34,543 nucleotides of DNA, taken from contig JAUVXX010000001.1 in the NCBI GenBank assembly GCA_030603395.1, positions 170,921-205,463 of the forward strand, read 5' to 3'. The position numbers and the translations under genes were made by a program. Source of the DNA: a bacterium (GTDB lineage Bacteria; Patescibacteriota; Minisyncoccia; Minisyncoccales; CG1-02-41-26). Positions 22,806-32,831 of this stretch are shown piece by piece. The notes beneath the pieces were generated by a model. That model made no database searches. It was not told the DNA's origin and saw nothing but the letters and a program-made list of their open reading frames with translations. Each line of letters begins with the position of its first letter. Position 1 is the first letter of the stretch.

Positions 22806-25660
22806 CTATAGATTTCCCCAAAATTGAAAAGGAGATTTTAAAATTCTGGAAAAAGAACAAGATTTTTGAAAAGACCCTAAAGAAGACCCAAAAAGGTCCC
22901 AGATTTATCTTTTATGATGGACCCATTACGGTTAATGCCAGACCCGGTGTCCACGCCACCCTGCCTCGAATCTTCAAAGATGTCATTCCTCGTTTTAAAA
23001 CCATGCAAGGTTTTTATGTCGAAAGGAAGAATGGTTGGGACGTCCACGGCTTGCCTGTGGAAATTGAAGTAGAGAAAAACCTGGGCTTCAAAACCAAAAA
23101 AGATATTGAGAAATTTGGTATTGAGAAGTTCAATGCTGAATGTAGGAAAAATGTCCAAAAATATCTGCCACTCTTCCGCGATTTGACTGAGAGAATAGCT
23201 TACTGGGTTGATATGGACGACTCTTACATTACCTATGAGAGAGAATACATGGAAACTCTCTGGTGGATTATTAAACAGGTTTGGGACAAGGGTCTTTTAT
23301 ATCAGGACTTTAAAGTTGTTCCTTATTGTCCAAGATGCGGTACTTCCCTTTCTTCCCACGAAGTTGCCCAGGGATATCAAAAAATTAAAGACCTTTCTTT
23401 GTACCTAAAGTTCCCGGTTAAGGGAGAAAAAAACACTTATTTGTTGGTCTGGACAACCACCCCCTGGACCTTACCTGGCAACGTGGCGGTGGCAGCTAAT
23501 CCGGGGTTTACCTATATCAAGATAAAAGTTGGTGAAGAGTTTCTAATTTTAGCTAAAGAAAGACTAGATGTTTTGGATAAAGAGTACAAAATTGTTGAGG
23601 AATTTAAAGGGAAAGAACTGTTAGGCATGGAGTACCAGCCACTTTTTGACTTTAGAGAGCTCGATAAAAAAGCCTATTTGGTGGTGGCTGGAGATTTTGT
23701 TTCTGGAGATGAAGGGACAGGATTGGTTCATATGGCTCCTGCTTTTGGTGAAGATGATATGCAGGTTGGCAAGAAAAATAATTTGCCAGTTATTGTCAAT
23801 GTTGATGAAGAAGGTAAATTTACCAAGGAGGTCAAACCATGGGCAGGTCGGAATGTTACTGATGAGAAATTAAACAAGGAGATTATCAAGGAAATTGCTG
23901 GTAAAAAACTTTTGTTCGGTGAAGAATTTTACGAACATGACTATCCCTTCTGTTGGCGATGCAATGCCAAGCTGATTTATTACGCCAAAAAAAGCTGGTT
24001 CATTAAAATGACAGCCCTGAAAGAGGAACTTCTCAAAAACAGCCAGGAGATAAATTGGCTTCCCTCCCACCTTAAAGAGGGTCGATTTGGTGAGTGGCTG
24101 AAAGAACTTAGAGATTGGACTTTTTCTCGTGATAGATATTGGGGAACCCCTTTGCCTATCTGGCAATGTCAAAAGTGTGATTTTCAAAGATGTATTGGTT
24201 CAATCAAAGAACTTGAAGAATTACAAGCTACCAATTACAAATTAGAAGATCTCCATCGTCCTCATATTGATAAAGTAGAATTGAAATGTGAGAAATGTGA
24301 AGGAGAGATGAAGCGCGTTCCTCAAGTTATTGATGTTTGGTTTGATTCTGGAGCTATGCCTTTCAGTCAGTATCATTATCCTTTTGAGAACAAAGACCTG
24401 ATTGATAAAAAGATACAATACCCAGCTGACTACATTGCTGAAGCCATTGACCAAACCCGAGGATGGTTTTACACTCTTTTAGCTATCGCCACCCTACTTA
24501 GCAAAGGCACTCCCTACAAAAATGTTCTTTGCTTGGGTCTTGTTTTAGATGAAAAGGGAGAGAAAATGTCAAAATCCAAAGGAAACATTGTTGACCCCTG
24601 GAAGATTACTGATAAATATGGAGCTGATGCTCTCCGTTGGTATTTCTATACTCTGAATCAGCCTGGTGACTCAAAACTTTTTTCAGAAAAAGATTTGGAA
24701 AGTACTTTAAAAAGATTCATTATGACTTTTTGGAACTCCCATTTATTTTTCCAGACCTACCTGACGAAGAAATTTGACTATCACGATAAAAGTAAAAATA
24801 TTTTAGATAAATGGATTCTTTCTCGCTTAAATAGATTAATTTCGGAAGTTACCAGGAGCCTGGAAGAATATGATATTACCGGCGTCACCAGGAAAATAGA
24901 GAACTTTGTGGTTGAAGACCTCTCTTTATGGTATATCAGGCGTTCCAGAAAGCGGTTTCAAAGACCTCACAGCGAAAAAGAACTAAAAGAAGCTTCAGCA
25001 ACTCTGGGATTTGTTCTTTTGAATTTAAGCAGATTAACAGCCCCCTTTATTCCGTTTCTATCAGAGAAAATCTATCAGGATTTGACTAAAAAAGAGAGTG
25101 TTCACTTAGAGAGTTGGCCAAAGTCAAACGAGAAATTGATTGTCAAGTCCCTTGAACAGCAAATGGCTTTGGTTCGCCAGATGGTAAGCTTGGGATTGCG
25201 GGCCAGGACCGAAGCTAAGATAAAAGTTCGTCAACCCTTGAAGGAATTAAGAGTCAAGAATGAAGAATTAAAAGACGAAAAGGACTTATTGGATTTAATA
25301 AAAGAGGAAGTCAACGTTAAAGAGATAGTTTTTGATTCTAAAATTAAACAAGAGGTAGAACTTGATACCAAGATTACCCCAGAATTGGAAGAAGAAGGCC
25401 AGGTGAGGGAAATCATTCGTCATCTCCAAACGCTAAGAAAGAAAGCTGGTTTGACGCCTCAGGATAAAATTTCAATCTATTATTCAGGCAGCCCTCAATT
25501 AGCCAAAGTTTTACTCAAAAACAAAACCTTGATTCAAAAAGAAACCAGGGCTAAAGACATCGCCCGTTTGTCAGGAAAAGAGGTCCTTATCGGAGAAAAG
25601 GAACTCAAAATTGATAATCAAGAACTTAACTTAACAATCAGAAAGGTCGACAAAAGATAA
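22802..25660 (+). CDS. ileS: Isoleucine--tRNA ligase, type 2 (IleRS2)
   Basis: GWDVHGLPVE, WTTTPWTLP.N, GTG.VH.APAFG, SR.RYWGTP, DQTRGWFY, KMSKS and YIRRSRKRF motifs. Confidence 0.95.
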   Translation: MTIDFPKIEKEILKFWKKNKIFEKTLKKTQKGPRFIFYDGPITVNARPGVHATLPRIFKDVIPRFKTMQGFYVERKNGWDVHGLPVEIEVEKNLGFKTKKDIEKFGIEKFNAECRKNVQKYLPLFRDLTERIAYWVDMDDSYITYEREYMETLWWIIKQVWDKGLLYQDFKVVPYCPRCGTSLSSHEVAQGYQKIKDLSLYLKFPVKGEKNTYLLVWTTTPWTLPGNVAVAANPGFTYIKIKVGEEFLILAKERLDVLDKEYKIVEEFKGKELLGMEYQPLFDFRELDKKAYLVVAGDFVSGDEGTGLVHMAPAFGEDDMQVGKKNNLPVIVNVDEEGKFTKEVKPWAGRNVTDEKLNKEIIKEIAGKKLLFGEEFYEHDYPFCWRCNAKLIYYAKKSWFIKMTALKEELLKNSQEINWLPSHLKEGRFGEWLKELRDWTFSRDRYWGTPLPIWQCQKCDFQRCIGSIKELEELQATNYKLEDLHRPHIDKVELKCEKCEGEMKRVPQVIDVWFDSGAMPFSQYHYPFENKDLIDKKIQYPADYIAEAIDQTRGWFYTLLAIATLLSKGTPYKNVLCLGLVLDEKGEKMSKSKGNIVDPWKITDKYGADALRWYFYTLNQPGDSKLFSEKDLESTLKRFIMTFWNSHLFFQTYLTKKFDYHDKSKNILDKWILSRLNRLISEVTRSLEEYDITGVTRKIENFVVEDLSLWYIRRSRKRFQRPHSEKELKEASATLGFVLLNLSRLTAPFIPFLSEKIYQDLTKKESVHLESWPKSNEKLIVKSLEQQMALVRQMVSLGLRARTEAKIKVRQPLKELRVKNEELKDEKDLLDLIKEEVNVKEIVFDSKIKQEVELDTKITPELEEEGQVREIIRHLQTLRKKAGLTPQDKISIYYSGSPQLAKVLLKNKTLIQKETRAKDIARLSGKEVLIGEKELKIDNQELNLTIRKVDKR

Positions 25661-25673
25661 AACTTTAAAACAT

Positions 25674-26045
25674 ATGGCATTACCATTTCAAAGCAAACCA
25701 AGAGTTCCCCACAAAGCTCCACCGTCCCTGCCCCCAGAAAAGAAACCCAGCAAGCCGGATTTTTTCGGCTCAAGGGGTTCTCTTACCAGGGGAGAATTCA
25801 GAGAGAAATTAAGAAAAGCTGCTCCAGAAATTCCCCTCTCCTCAAAATGGATAGAACGTGACAAGAGAGTAGCCATAGAAAAGAAGTTAGGTTACGGAAA
25901 ATATGGTTCTGATATTAGTCGTAAGGATGTCCGAGGACTAATTTGGGACCTCCTGCAAGAAAAAAGTAAAGCAAAGACCTCGGAAGTGAAAGACGAAATC
26001 GACCGAACCATTCGATGGCTCAAGAAAACCACCGACACCTCCTAA
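25674..26045 (+). CDS. Hypothetical basic protein with Pro-rich N-terminus
   Basis: 123-aa ORF filling the gap between ileS and recO. Confidence 0.65.
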   Translation: MALPFQSKPRVPHKAPPSLPPEKKPSKPDFFGSRGSLTRGEFREKLRKAAPEIPLSSKWIERDKRVAIEKKLGYGKYGSDISRKDVRGLIWDLLQEKSKAKTSEVKDEIDRTIRWLKKTTDTS

Positions 26046-26052
26046 GATTTAA

Positions 26053-26796
26053 ATGCCGTTTACTCATTACAGGACGGAGGGGATTTTTTTGAGAAAGGAA
26101 GGTCGGGGAGAGGCCGACCAGCTTTTTAGTATTTTTACTAAGGATTTTGGCAAGTTGGAAATTTTTGGTAGAGCCATTAGAAAAATTACTTCAAAATTGA
26201 GGGCTGGAAGCGACCTTTTTTATTTATCAGAGATTGAATTTATTCAGGGAAAAACTCACAAGACCTTAACCGATGCTATTTTAATTGATAAGTTTAAAAA
26301 AATTAGGGAGGACCCCGAGAGATTGAATCTTGTCTGTCAAATTGCCGAAGTTCTGGATTCTCTTTTAGGATGGGAGGAAAGAGACAACAAAATTTGGCAC
26401 TTGCTAAATGAAGCCTTACAACGATTAGATAATTGTAAATTGAAAATTACCTATTACTATTTTCTCTGGAATCTCTTTTCAATTTTAGGACACAAACCCG
26501 AACTTTATTCTTGCCCGGTTTGCGGAGAGAAACTTTTACCAGAGACATTTTATTTTGTACCAAGAGAAGGAGGGGTTGTCTGCTGGAAATGTCTTAAAAA
26601 GTTCGCTAAAGAAGAGAAAAAGCTTTCAAAAGAGATAGCCGTGGATACGGTTAAGGCATTGCGGCTTTTTCTCTCAGAAGATTGGGAAACGCTACCAAGG
26701 ATTAAAATAACCGAAGAGACCAAAAGAAATCTCAAAGAAATTTCCGAGCTCTACCTCTGTTATTTAAAGGAAGAATTGGCAAAAGCTAAAAAGTAA
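26053..26796 (+). CDS. recO: DNA repair protein RecO
   Basis: GEAD......T...GK......IRK..SKL, LG..P.L..C..CG and GG..C..C motifs. Confidence 0.92.
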   Translation: MPFTHYRTEGIFLRKEGRGEADQLFSIFTKDFGKLEIFGRAIRKITSKLRAGSDLFYLSEIEFIQGKTHKTLTDAILIDKFKKIREDPERLNLVCQIAEVLDSLLGWEERDNKIWHLLNEALQRLDNCKLKITYYYFLWNLFSILGHKPELYSCPVCGEKLLPETFYFVPREGGVVCWKCLKKFAKEEKKLSKEIAVDTVKALRLFLSEDWETLPRIKITEETKRNLKEISELYLCYLKEELAKAKK

Positions 26797-26813
26797 GTTA
26801 AAATGAAAAAATC

Positions 26814-28472
26814 ATGCGCAAAGTTTTTATAATCTTTATTATCGTTTTGTTTGCCGGCGTAGGCATTGCAGGTTTTTGGTATTGGCAAAAGAACCAATAC
26901 TCCAAGGATATTTTGAAGCTTGAGATTTTGGGACCAGAGGCGGCGCAAGCCGGGGATGAAATTGAGTACTTAGTTAGATTCAAAAATAATGGCAAAGTCC
27001 GGCTGGAGAACTCCGAGCTGATTTTTGAAGCACCCGAACATTCTATTCCCCAGGGATTTGAGAATTTGAGAATAACCAAACAATTAGAAGACATTTATCC
27101 GGGGCAGGAGCAAATTTTCAGCTTTAAGGTTCGGGTTTTTGGTAAGGAAAATGAAACCTTGATGGCTCGAGCTTGGCTCAGCTATCAACCCAAGAACTTA
27201 AAAGCTAGCTATGAATCAAAAACAACTTTCAGCACCCAGATTAAATTCGTTCCTTTAACCTTTGAATTTGATTTGCCCCTTAAGGTTGAAAAGGACGAGA
27301 AGATAGGATTTTCTTTGAACTACTTTTCAAGCATTGACTACCTCTTGGAAAATTTAAGGGTGAAAATAGAATATCCTGAGGGTTTTGAGTTTATTAGCGC
27401 TTCCCCGCAACCCTTAGATGAAACTGAATGGCAGGTTCCCTTTCTGTCTCAAGCTGATGGAGGAAGAATAGAAATAAATGGAATAACCAGAGGAGAGGAA
27501 GGGACCCAGAAAATATTCAGAGCCCAACTGGGTTTGGTAAGAGATGGACAGTTCTGGCTGTTAAAAGAAACAGCCAGGGCTCTGGAGATAATTGAGGCTT
27601 CTTTGTACATCTCTCAGCTAATTAACAACTCCCCTGATTATCTTGCTAATGCGGGAGATCTTCTTCACTACGAGATTTTCTTCCGTAACATTGGCCAAAA
27701 AGCTACTCAGAAAAAGTTTCTTTTCGTGGAACTTGAAGGAGAGTTTTTTGACCTCTCCAGCCTAAAATCAGAAAGGGGAGAATACGGAAGAGGGGACAAT
27801 ACTATTATTTGGGACTGGAAAGTGGTTCCAGCTCTTCGCTTCCTTGATACTGAGGTCGAAGGAAAGGTGGAGTTCTGGATTAAGGTAAAAGAGGCAGAGG
27901 ATATTTCAGATAAAATAAAAAGCCCCAGCTTGAGAGATGAAATCACCCTGGGAGGAGTTAAGAAAATCTTTGAGGTAAAAATCAATTCCCAGATAAAGCT
28001 CTGGCAGAAAGTTTATTTTGAAGAAGAGTTTTTTGGTAATTCAGGTCCCTTGCCACCAGAAACAGGGGGAAGGACAACCTACACGGTTTTGTGGCAGGTG
28101 GAAAATTCCTGGAATGATTTGAAAAATGTGAATGTAAAAAGCATTTTACCAAAGCAGGTCAAAGCAACCGGTAAAATTTTCCCGGAAGATGCTAAATTTA
28201 CCTTTGATTCAAAATCCAGGCAAGCCCTTTGGAATATTGGGGAGATGGAGGCTTGGTTAGGTGATTCAGATATGCCTTTAACCCTGGCTTTTCAAATTGA
28301 ATTCACTCCTGACTCTGCTCAACAAGGAGAAACGCCTGATTTGGTCGGGGAAGCCGAAGTTCTGGGAGAGGACGTCTGGACTTTAGAAATACTCCAGGAA
28401 GAAGCTCCTTCGGTTGACACCACCCTACCCAACGACGACACAGTAAGCGAGCAACAAGGAATAGTCCAATAA
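26814..28472 (+). CDS. Membrane-anchored extracellular beta-rich protein (repeated Ig/DUF11-like modules)
   Basis: N-terminal TM, repeated GD.(I/L).Y.(V/I).F.N.G modules and GPLPP..G..TTYTV.W motif. Confidence 0.7.
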   Translation: MRKVFIIFIIVLFAGVGIAGFWYWQKNQYSKDILKLEILGPEAAQAGDEIEYLVRFKNNGKVRLENSELIFEAPEHSIPQGFENLRITKQLEDIYPGQEQIFSFKVRVFGKENETLMARAWLSYQPKNLKASYESKTTFSTQIKFVPLTFEFDLPLKVEKDEKIGFSLNYFSSIDYLLENLRVKIEYPEGFEFISASPQPLDETEWQVPFLSQADGGRIEINGITRGEEGTQKIFRAQLGLVRDGQFWLLKETARALEIIEASLYISQLINNSPDYLANAGDLLHYEIFFRNIGQKATQKKFLFVELEGEFFDLSSLKSERGEYGRGDNTIIWDWKVVPALRFLDTEVEGKVEFWIKVKEAEDISDKIKSPSLRDEITLGGVKKIFEVKINSQIKLWQKVYFEEEFFGNSGPLPPETGGRTTYTVLWQVENSWNDLKNVNVKSILPKQVKATGKIFPEDAKFTFDSKSRQALWNIGEMEAWLGDSDMPLTLAFQIEFTPDSAQQGETPDLVGEAEVLGEDVWTLEILQEEAPSVDTTLPNDDTVSEQQGIVQ

Positions 28473-28480
28473 ATTCTAAT

Positions 28481-29806
28481 ATGGCAGAGAAAATGGATAA
28501 AATTATATCTTTAGCTAAAAGAAGGGGATTTATTTTCCCTTCCTCTGAGATTTACGGAGGGTTTGGAGGAGTTTACGATTTCGGGCCATTGGGCTTTGAG
28601 TTGAAACAGAATATCAAAGAAGTTTGGTTGCGAACAATGAAAAGCCAGGAAAACATAGTTCCTTTAGATTCTGCTATTTTAATGAATCCCAAAGTTTGGC
28701 AGGCCTCGGGACATCTAACGGCTGGCTTTGCCGATGAATTGGTAGAATGTAAGTCCTGCCATAAAAGATTTAAGACTGATGAGATAAAAGGGAATAAATG
28801 CCCGGAGTGCGGAGGAGAAATTACCAAGCCAAAAAAGTTTAATTTAATGATGAAGACCTTTGTCGGAGCGGTTGAAGACGAAGCTGCCGTCACTTATTTA
28901 AGGGGTGAAACCTGCCAGGGAATTTATGTTAATTATTTAAATATCTTGAATTTAATGCGGCTCAAAATTCCCTTCGGGGTGATTCAGATTGGTAAGGCCT
29001 TCCGAAACGAAGTCAATCCCAAAAACTTTATTTTCAGAACCAGAGAGTTTGAACAAATGGAAATGGAGTGGTTCTGTGAGTCGAAAGAAGCTGCTCATTT
29101 TTTTGATTTTTGGAAAGAGCAGAGAATGAAATGGTACGAAGATTTAGGAATGAAAAAAGAAAATTTAAGAATTGTAGAAATACCAGAGGGAAAGAGAGCG
29201 CACTATGCTAAAAAACAAATAGACATTGAATATCATTTTCCATTTGGCTGGAAAGAAATTGAAGGGATTCACAATCGGGGAGATTTTGATCTCTCAAATC
29301 ATGCAAAGCATTCCGGGGAAGACCTAAGATATTTTGACGAAGAATCAGGCCAGAAATATTTCCCCCATATTATTGAAACTTCAGTGGGGGTTGAGAGAGC
29401 TCTCTTTGCTTTTTTCTGCGATGCCTATCAGGAAATAAAAGGTGGCAGAACAAAAACAACCAAAGCAGTAAAAGAAGTTGAAATTTTATTAAAACTTGAC
29501 AAATCTTTAGCTCCAATAAAAGTTGCTGTCTTGCCCTTGGTTAGAAATAAACCAAAATTAGTTAAAAAAGCCAAAGAAGTTTATCAAATGCTAAAACCTC
29601 ATTTCACCTGCCAATATGATGAACTCGGTTCCATCGGTCGTCGCTACCGACGAGGCGATGAAATTGGCACAATCGCAGCTATCACCATAGATTTTGAAAC
29701 CTTAGAAAAAGAGGATGTAACCATCCGCGACCGCGATTCCATGGCTCAAAAAAGGATAAAAATAAAAGACCTAACCAAAACCCTAAAAGAAAAATTAAAA
29801 GCTTAA
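28481..29806 (+). CDS. glyQS: Glycine--tRNA ligase, alpha2 type
   Basis: KRRGF...SSEIYGG, YLR.ET.QG, QIGK.FRNE, FR.REFEQME and SIG.RY.R.DEIG motifs. Confidence 0.96.
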   Translation: MAEKMDKIISLAKRRGFIFPSSEIYGGFGGVYDFGPLGFELKQNIKEVWLRTMKSQENIVPLDSAILMNPKVWQASGHLTAGFADELVECKSCHKRFKTDEIKGNKCPECGGEITKPKKFNLMMKTFVGAVEDEAAVTYLRGETCQGIYVNYLNILNLMRLKIPFGVIQIGKAFRNEVNPKNFIFRTREFEQMEMEWFCESKEAAHFFDFWKEQRMKWYEDLGMKKENLRIVEIPEGKRAHYAKKQIDIEYHFPFGWKEIEGIHNRGDFDLSNHAKHSGEDLRYFDEESGQKYFPHIIETSVGVERALFAFFCDAYQEIKGGRTKTTKAVKEVEILLKLDKSLAPIKVAVLPLVRNKPKLVKKAKEVYQMLKPHFTCQYDELGSIGRRYRRGDEIGTIAAITIDFETLEKEDVTIRDRDSMAQKRIKIKDLTKTLKEKLKA

Positions 29807-31075
29807 ATGCCTTTTAAGAAGACTACTCTCAAAAACGGACTCCGTATTATCACTATCCCCATGAAAAATACTAAGACAGTGACTATTTTGGTAGTGGTGG
29901 GAACTGGTTCCAAATATGAGGAGAAAGAAACAAACGGCCTCTCTCATTTTCTGGAGCATATGTTTTTTAAGGGAACCAAAAAAAGGCCAACCACTTTAAA
30001 AGTCGCTGAAACTTTAGATAAGATTGGCGGCGCCTACAATGCTTTTACTGGAAAAGAATTTACTGGTTTTTGGGCAAAGGTTGAGAAATCTCATTTAGAT
30101 TTGGCTTTGGATTGGGTTAGCGATATTTTTTTAAACTCAAAATTACAAGCCCAGGAAATAAAAAGAGAAAAAGGAGTGATAATTGAAGAGATAAATATGT
30201 ACCTGGATATGCCGATGAAATATATTGAAGACCTTTTTGAGAAGCTGCTTTACGGTGACCAGCCTGCCGGTTGGATGCTTGCGGGAGAAAAAGAGAATAT
30301 CTTAAAACTTCAAAGAAAGCATTTTATAGATTACCTTAAAAACCATTATTCTGCCTTAAATACCATAGTTTGCGTGGCAGGCAATTTTAACCAGAGAGAG
30401 GTTAAGGAAAAAATTAAAAAATATTTCAAAAAAATCAGAAATACTCCTCCTCAGTCAAAATTAAAAGTGATAGAATTACAAGTTCAACCGAGAAGTTTGG
30501 TTCATCTCAAAAAAACCGACCAGACCCATCTTTGTTTGGGGGTGAGGGGATATAGTCTCGGGCAGCCTCAAATTTATGCTCAAGAAATTTTAGTTGCAAT
30601 CCTTGGTGGAAATATGAGTTCTCGGCTTTGGATATCAATTAGGGAAAGAAAGGGTTTGGCTTATTATGTCCGAACTTCATCGGAACTCTACACTGACAGC
30701 GGCTACCTGGTTACCCAAGCCGGCATCCCACACAAAAATGTCAGAGAGGTCATCAGTTTAATTTTAAAAGAATACAAAAATATCAGAGAGAACAAAGTTC
30801 CTAAAGTAGAACTCAAAAAAGCCAAAGATTATCTAAAGGGAAACATGACTTTGAGCTTAGAATTATCAGATGCTCAAGCTTCTTTTTATACCGGCCAAGA
30901 ATTATTAACCGGGAAAATTTTGACACCCAAAGAAAAATTTGCCAGAATTGATAAAGTAACCGTAACCGACGTTCAAAAAGCAGCCAAAGAAATTTTCAAA
31001 CCAGAGAAGTTGAATTTAACCCTGATTGGACCACATAAAAACAAATCAGAATTTCAAAAGTTATTGAAACTCTAA
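29807..31075 (+). CDS. M16 family (pitrilysin-like) zinc peptidase
   Basis: HFLEH inverted zinc motif, NAFT and SSRL...IRE..GLAY motifs. Confidence 0.92.
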   Translation: MPFKKTTLKNGLRIITIPMKNTKTVTILVVVGTGSKYEEKETNGLSHFLEHMFFKGTKKRPTTLKVAETLDKIGGAYNAFTGKEFTGFWAKVEKSHLDLALDWVSDIFLNSKLQAQEIKREKGVIIEEINMYLDMPMKYIEDLFEKLLYGDQPAGWMLAGEKENILKLQRKHFIDYLKNHYSALNTIVCVAGNFNQREVKEKIKKYFKKIRNTPPQSKLKVIELQVQPRSLVHLKKTDQTHLCLGVRGYSLGQPQIYAQEILVAILGGNMSSRLWISIRERKGLAYYVRTSSELYTDSGYLVTQAGIPHKNVREVISLILKEYKNIRENKVPKVELKKAKDYLKGNMTLSLELSDAQASFYTGQELLTGKILTPKEKFARIDKVTVTDVQKAAKEIFKPEKLNLTLIGPHKNKSEFQKLLKL

Positions 31076-31087
31076 ACCTTAAACCAT

Positions 31088-32119
31088 ATGGACCAACAAC
31101 CCACTTTTAATATTAGCTGGTCAACAATTTTTAAGATTATTGTTGTGGTAATTGTTCTCTATGTTCTTTATTTGATTAAAGATCTTATTGTCTGGTTTAT
31201 TTTCGCCCTGGTCATTGGGATTTTGTTTAATTACCTGATTGACTTTTTGGAAAAGAAGAGAATTCCCCGGGTGGCGGCAGCGATCCTTTTATATTTTGGT
31301 GTGTTTGCTATTATAGGTTTCTTTATCTACAAAACAGCTCCTATTTTTCTTTTTGAAATTAAAGGATTTACTCAGAATCTTCCTCAATATCTTGAGAGGA
31401 TTTCCCCGTTCTTTGAAAAGTTCGGAGTCCAGGCTTTCCAGAGCACCCAAGCCCTTACCGAAGTTCTGCAGGTCAATTTGGAGAAAGCCGGGGAAAATAT
31501 TTTCAGCGCCGTGTTCAGTATTTTTGGTGGAGTTTTTTCTACCCTGCTTATTATCTTTTTGGCTTTCTTTATCTCATTGGAAAAAAATTTAATTGAAAAG
31601 GTATTAGCTACTCTCTCTCCTTCAAGATATAAGGAATATCTCAATGGTCTCTGGGGAAAGGCAAAGCAAAAAGTCAGCGGTTGGTTTATCTCAAGGGTAA
31701 TTGGAGCGTTGTTTGTTGGCACCTCTACCTACCTTATCTTAAGAGTCCTTAATGTTGAGTATGCTTTAATTTTGAGTTTAATGGCAGGTATTTTGGATTT
31801 TATTCCTATTGTTGGTCCCCTTATCGCTGGTTTGATTATTGCTTTTATCGTTGCCCTAACCTCTCTTTTCCAGGCTGGCTTTGTTTTGATAGCTTTCTTC
31901 ATTATTCAGTTATTAGAGAACAATCTTCTCTTACCACTCCTTTTCAAGAAATTCACCGGTCTGTCGCCGGTTTTGGTTTTGGTGGCTTTCGCTGTGGGAG
32001 CTACACTTTGGGGAGTTTTGGGGGCAATTTTGGCTATTCCTCTAGCTGGAGTTATTTTTGAGCTTTTAAAGGATTATCTCGTCAAAAAGAAAAGAGAAAT
32101 CTTACAAGAACTCCCTTAA
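31088..32119 (+). CDS. AI-2E family transporter (UPF0118/PerM)
   Basis: IP.VGP, Q.LE.N.L.P and G..WG..G..LAIP motifs; multi-TM. Confidence 0.88.
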   Translation: MDQQPTFNISWSTIFKIIVVVIVLYVLYLIKDLIVWFIFALVIGILFNYLIDFLEKKRIPRVAAAILLYFGVFAIIGFFIYKTAPIFLFEIKGFTQNLPQYLERISPFFEKFGVQAFQSTQALTEVLQVNLEKAGENIFSAVFSIFGGVFSTLLIIFLAFFISLEKNLIEKVLATLSPSRYKEYLNGLWGKAKQKVSGWFISRVIGALFVGTSTYLILRVLNVEYALILSLMAGILDFIPIVGPLIAGLIIAFIVALTSLFQAGFVLIAFFIIQLLENNLLLPLLFKKFTGLSPVLVLVAFAVGATLWGVLGAILAIPLAGVIFELLKDYLVKKKREILQELP

Positions 32120-32138
32120 TGCTTCTTAATAAAAGTTT

Positions 32139-32831
32139 ATGAACACCCTTTATGTTGTAGCCACCCCTATTGGCAATCTCAAAGATATATCATTGCGCGC
32201 CCTGGAGATCCTGAAGGGCGTTGATTTAATTTTGTGCGAGGACACCCGGGTTACCCAAAAACTTTTGAATCATTTTGACATTAAAACCAAAACTTTATCT
32301 TATCACCAGCACTCAAAACTTAAAAAAATAAACTATATTTTAGAACTTCTTAAAGGAGGGAAAAATTTGGCTTTGGTTTCTGATGCTGGCACCCCCGGAA
32401 TTTCTGACCCGGGAAACAAGTTGGTTGAAGAAGTGGTTGAGTCATTAAGTGCTCAGGTAAAAATTGTTACCGTTCCGGGTCCTTCAGCCATCACCGCAGC
32501 CGCCAGTATTGCTGGAGTCGCCATGGACAAATTCTTGTTTCTTGGCTTTCCGCCCCAAAAGAAAAAGAGGAAAAAATATTTTGAGGAAGTTATTAAATCA
32601 AAATACCCGGTAATCTTTTACGAATCACCTTACCGGATTTTGAAAACCCTCAGCGAGTTAAACCAAATGTTTCAAGTTTCAGGTTTCAAGTTTCAAGTAG
32701 TGGTTTGTCGAGAGTTGACTAAAAAATTTGAAACAGTCTACCGCGGAACAATCGAAGAGGTAATTGAGAAAATTAAAAAAGACCCGGTTAAGGGTGAATT
32801 TGTGGTTGTCATCTATCCCATTAGAAAATAA
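32139..32831 (+). CDS. rsmI: 16S rRNA (cytidine1402-2'-O)-methyltransferase
   Basis: LYVVATPIGNL.DI, EDTR, VSDAGTPGISDPG, YESPYR, RELTK.FE and KGEF motifs. Confidence 0.96.
   Translation: MNTLYVVATPIGNLKDISLRALEILKGVDLILCEDTRVTQKLLNHFDIKTKTLSYHQHSKLKKINYILELLKGGKNLALVSDAGTPGISDPGNKLVEEVVESLSAQVKIVTVPGPSAITAAASIAGVAMDKFLFLGFPPQKKKRKKYFEEVIKSKYPVIFYESPYRILKTLSELNQMFQVSGFKFQVVVCRELTKKFETVYRGTIEEVIEKIKKDPVKGEFVVVIYPIRK
32669..32696 (+). repeat. Heptamer tandem repeat (GTTTCAR)x4 within rsmI
   Basis: GTTTCAA GTTTCAG GTTTCAA GTTTCAA; encodes FQVSGFKFQ. Confidence 0.85.
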
